This document shows, one piece after another, positions 63,376-64,000 of a DNA stretch of 64,000 nt; position 1 is the first letter of the stretch, and each line of letters opens with the position of its first letter. The position numbers were made by a program, and so were the translations under genes. The notes under the pieces were generated by a model. That model was not told the origin of the DNA and did not search any database. It saw only the letters and a list, made by a program, of their open reading frames with translations. The DNA lies in contig NC_043004.1 in assembly GCF_006345805.1 (NCBI RefSeq), forward strand, positions 82,274,001-82,338,000, read 5' to 3'. Origin of the DNA: Octopus sinensis. Taxonomy: Eukaryota.

Positions 63376-63934
63376 TGAGTATAAGTAACAGGAGATATAT
63401 GTATTTAGTCAAAACCATTAGATTTGATCGAAATACCTTGGTCATGTAAAAAACAATTGAACAGTCACAAATGAAGAGAAAAAAACTATTAACATTTACA
63501 TAGTGTATACAATAGCTTTCATGCTAAGTCCTTATGGGTGATTCAGCATCAGCTTTCAGCCCAGAAATATACGCGCTTGAAAAGTATCTACGTGAAATCA
63601 TGTTTCGATATAATGCAGAGAGTTGCATTTCTTCAAATATCTAATTCCATTCACTGAATTATTTTATGTGGATAATTGTATTTCAGGATTGTATTTGCTC
63701 GGCAAGTGGCATAAAGTGAAACTATATTGAAGTTGAATTTGGTTAAACAGAAGGAACAATAAAGTGCAAAGTGTGAGGTTTGTATTACACAAAAACGGCA
63801 GCTATGACTCTTCCACGGTGCAGTGCAAGCGTCGTGCGCGCGCGCGCGTGTATATATATAAATGTATATGTACATATACATACATATATGTGTGTGTGTA
63901 TATATATGTATGTATATATATATATATATAAATG

Positions 63935-63978
<44 letters not shown>

Positions 63979-64000
63979 GTATGGGAGTTGTTCATAGGTG

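Noticed and set aside
63520-63650. Open frames on both strands (IFEEMQLSALYRNMISRRYF / MGDSASAFSPEIYALEK)
   Set aside because: About 38 codons, weak acceptor, no donor; cannot be distinguished from chance.

Overview
Repeat-saturated eukaryotic genomic DNA, very probably Octopus (inferred from the tRNA-derived OK/OR-type SINEs and the dense TA/TATC/TAA microsatellites). It holds a near full-length Tx1/L1-clade LINE (33.4-39.5 kb) plus four truncated relatives. Four of these five sit in or against (TATC)n/(GATA)n tracts. Other elements are R4/Dong-like, HERO-like and CR1 LINE fragments, Penelope-like (PLE) fragments, Tc1/mariner remnants, non-autonomous Helitrons/Helentrons, foldback MITEs and more than 20 SINE copies. 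Reading the non-coding parts by hand shows about ten hammerhead-ribozyme motifs from several families. Two unrelated families have the three hammerhead strands in a non-circularly permuted order: one in a 1.15-kb retrozyme-like element with 280-bp direct repeats (30.7-31.8 kb), one in a HERO 3' UTR (47.0 kb). Several minus-strand candidate exons (29-46 kb) suggest a host gene or genes with an ANF-receptor-like ectodomain and a transmembrane helix. All family assignments come from motif recognition, with no database search, and literature references are from memory.
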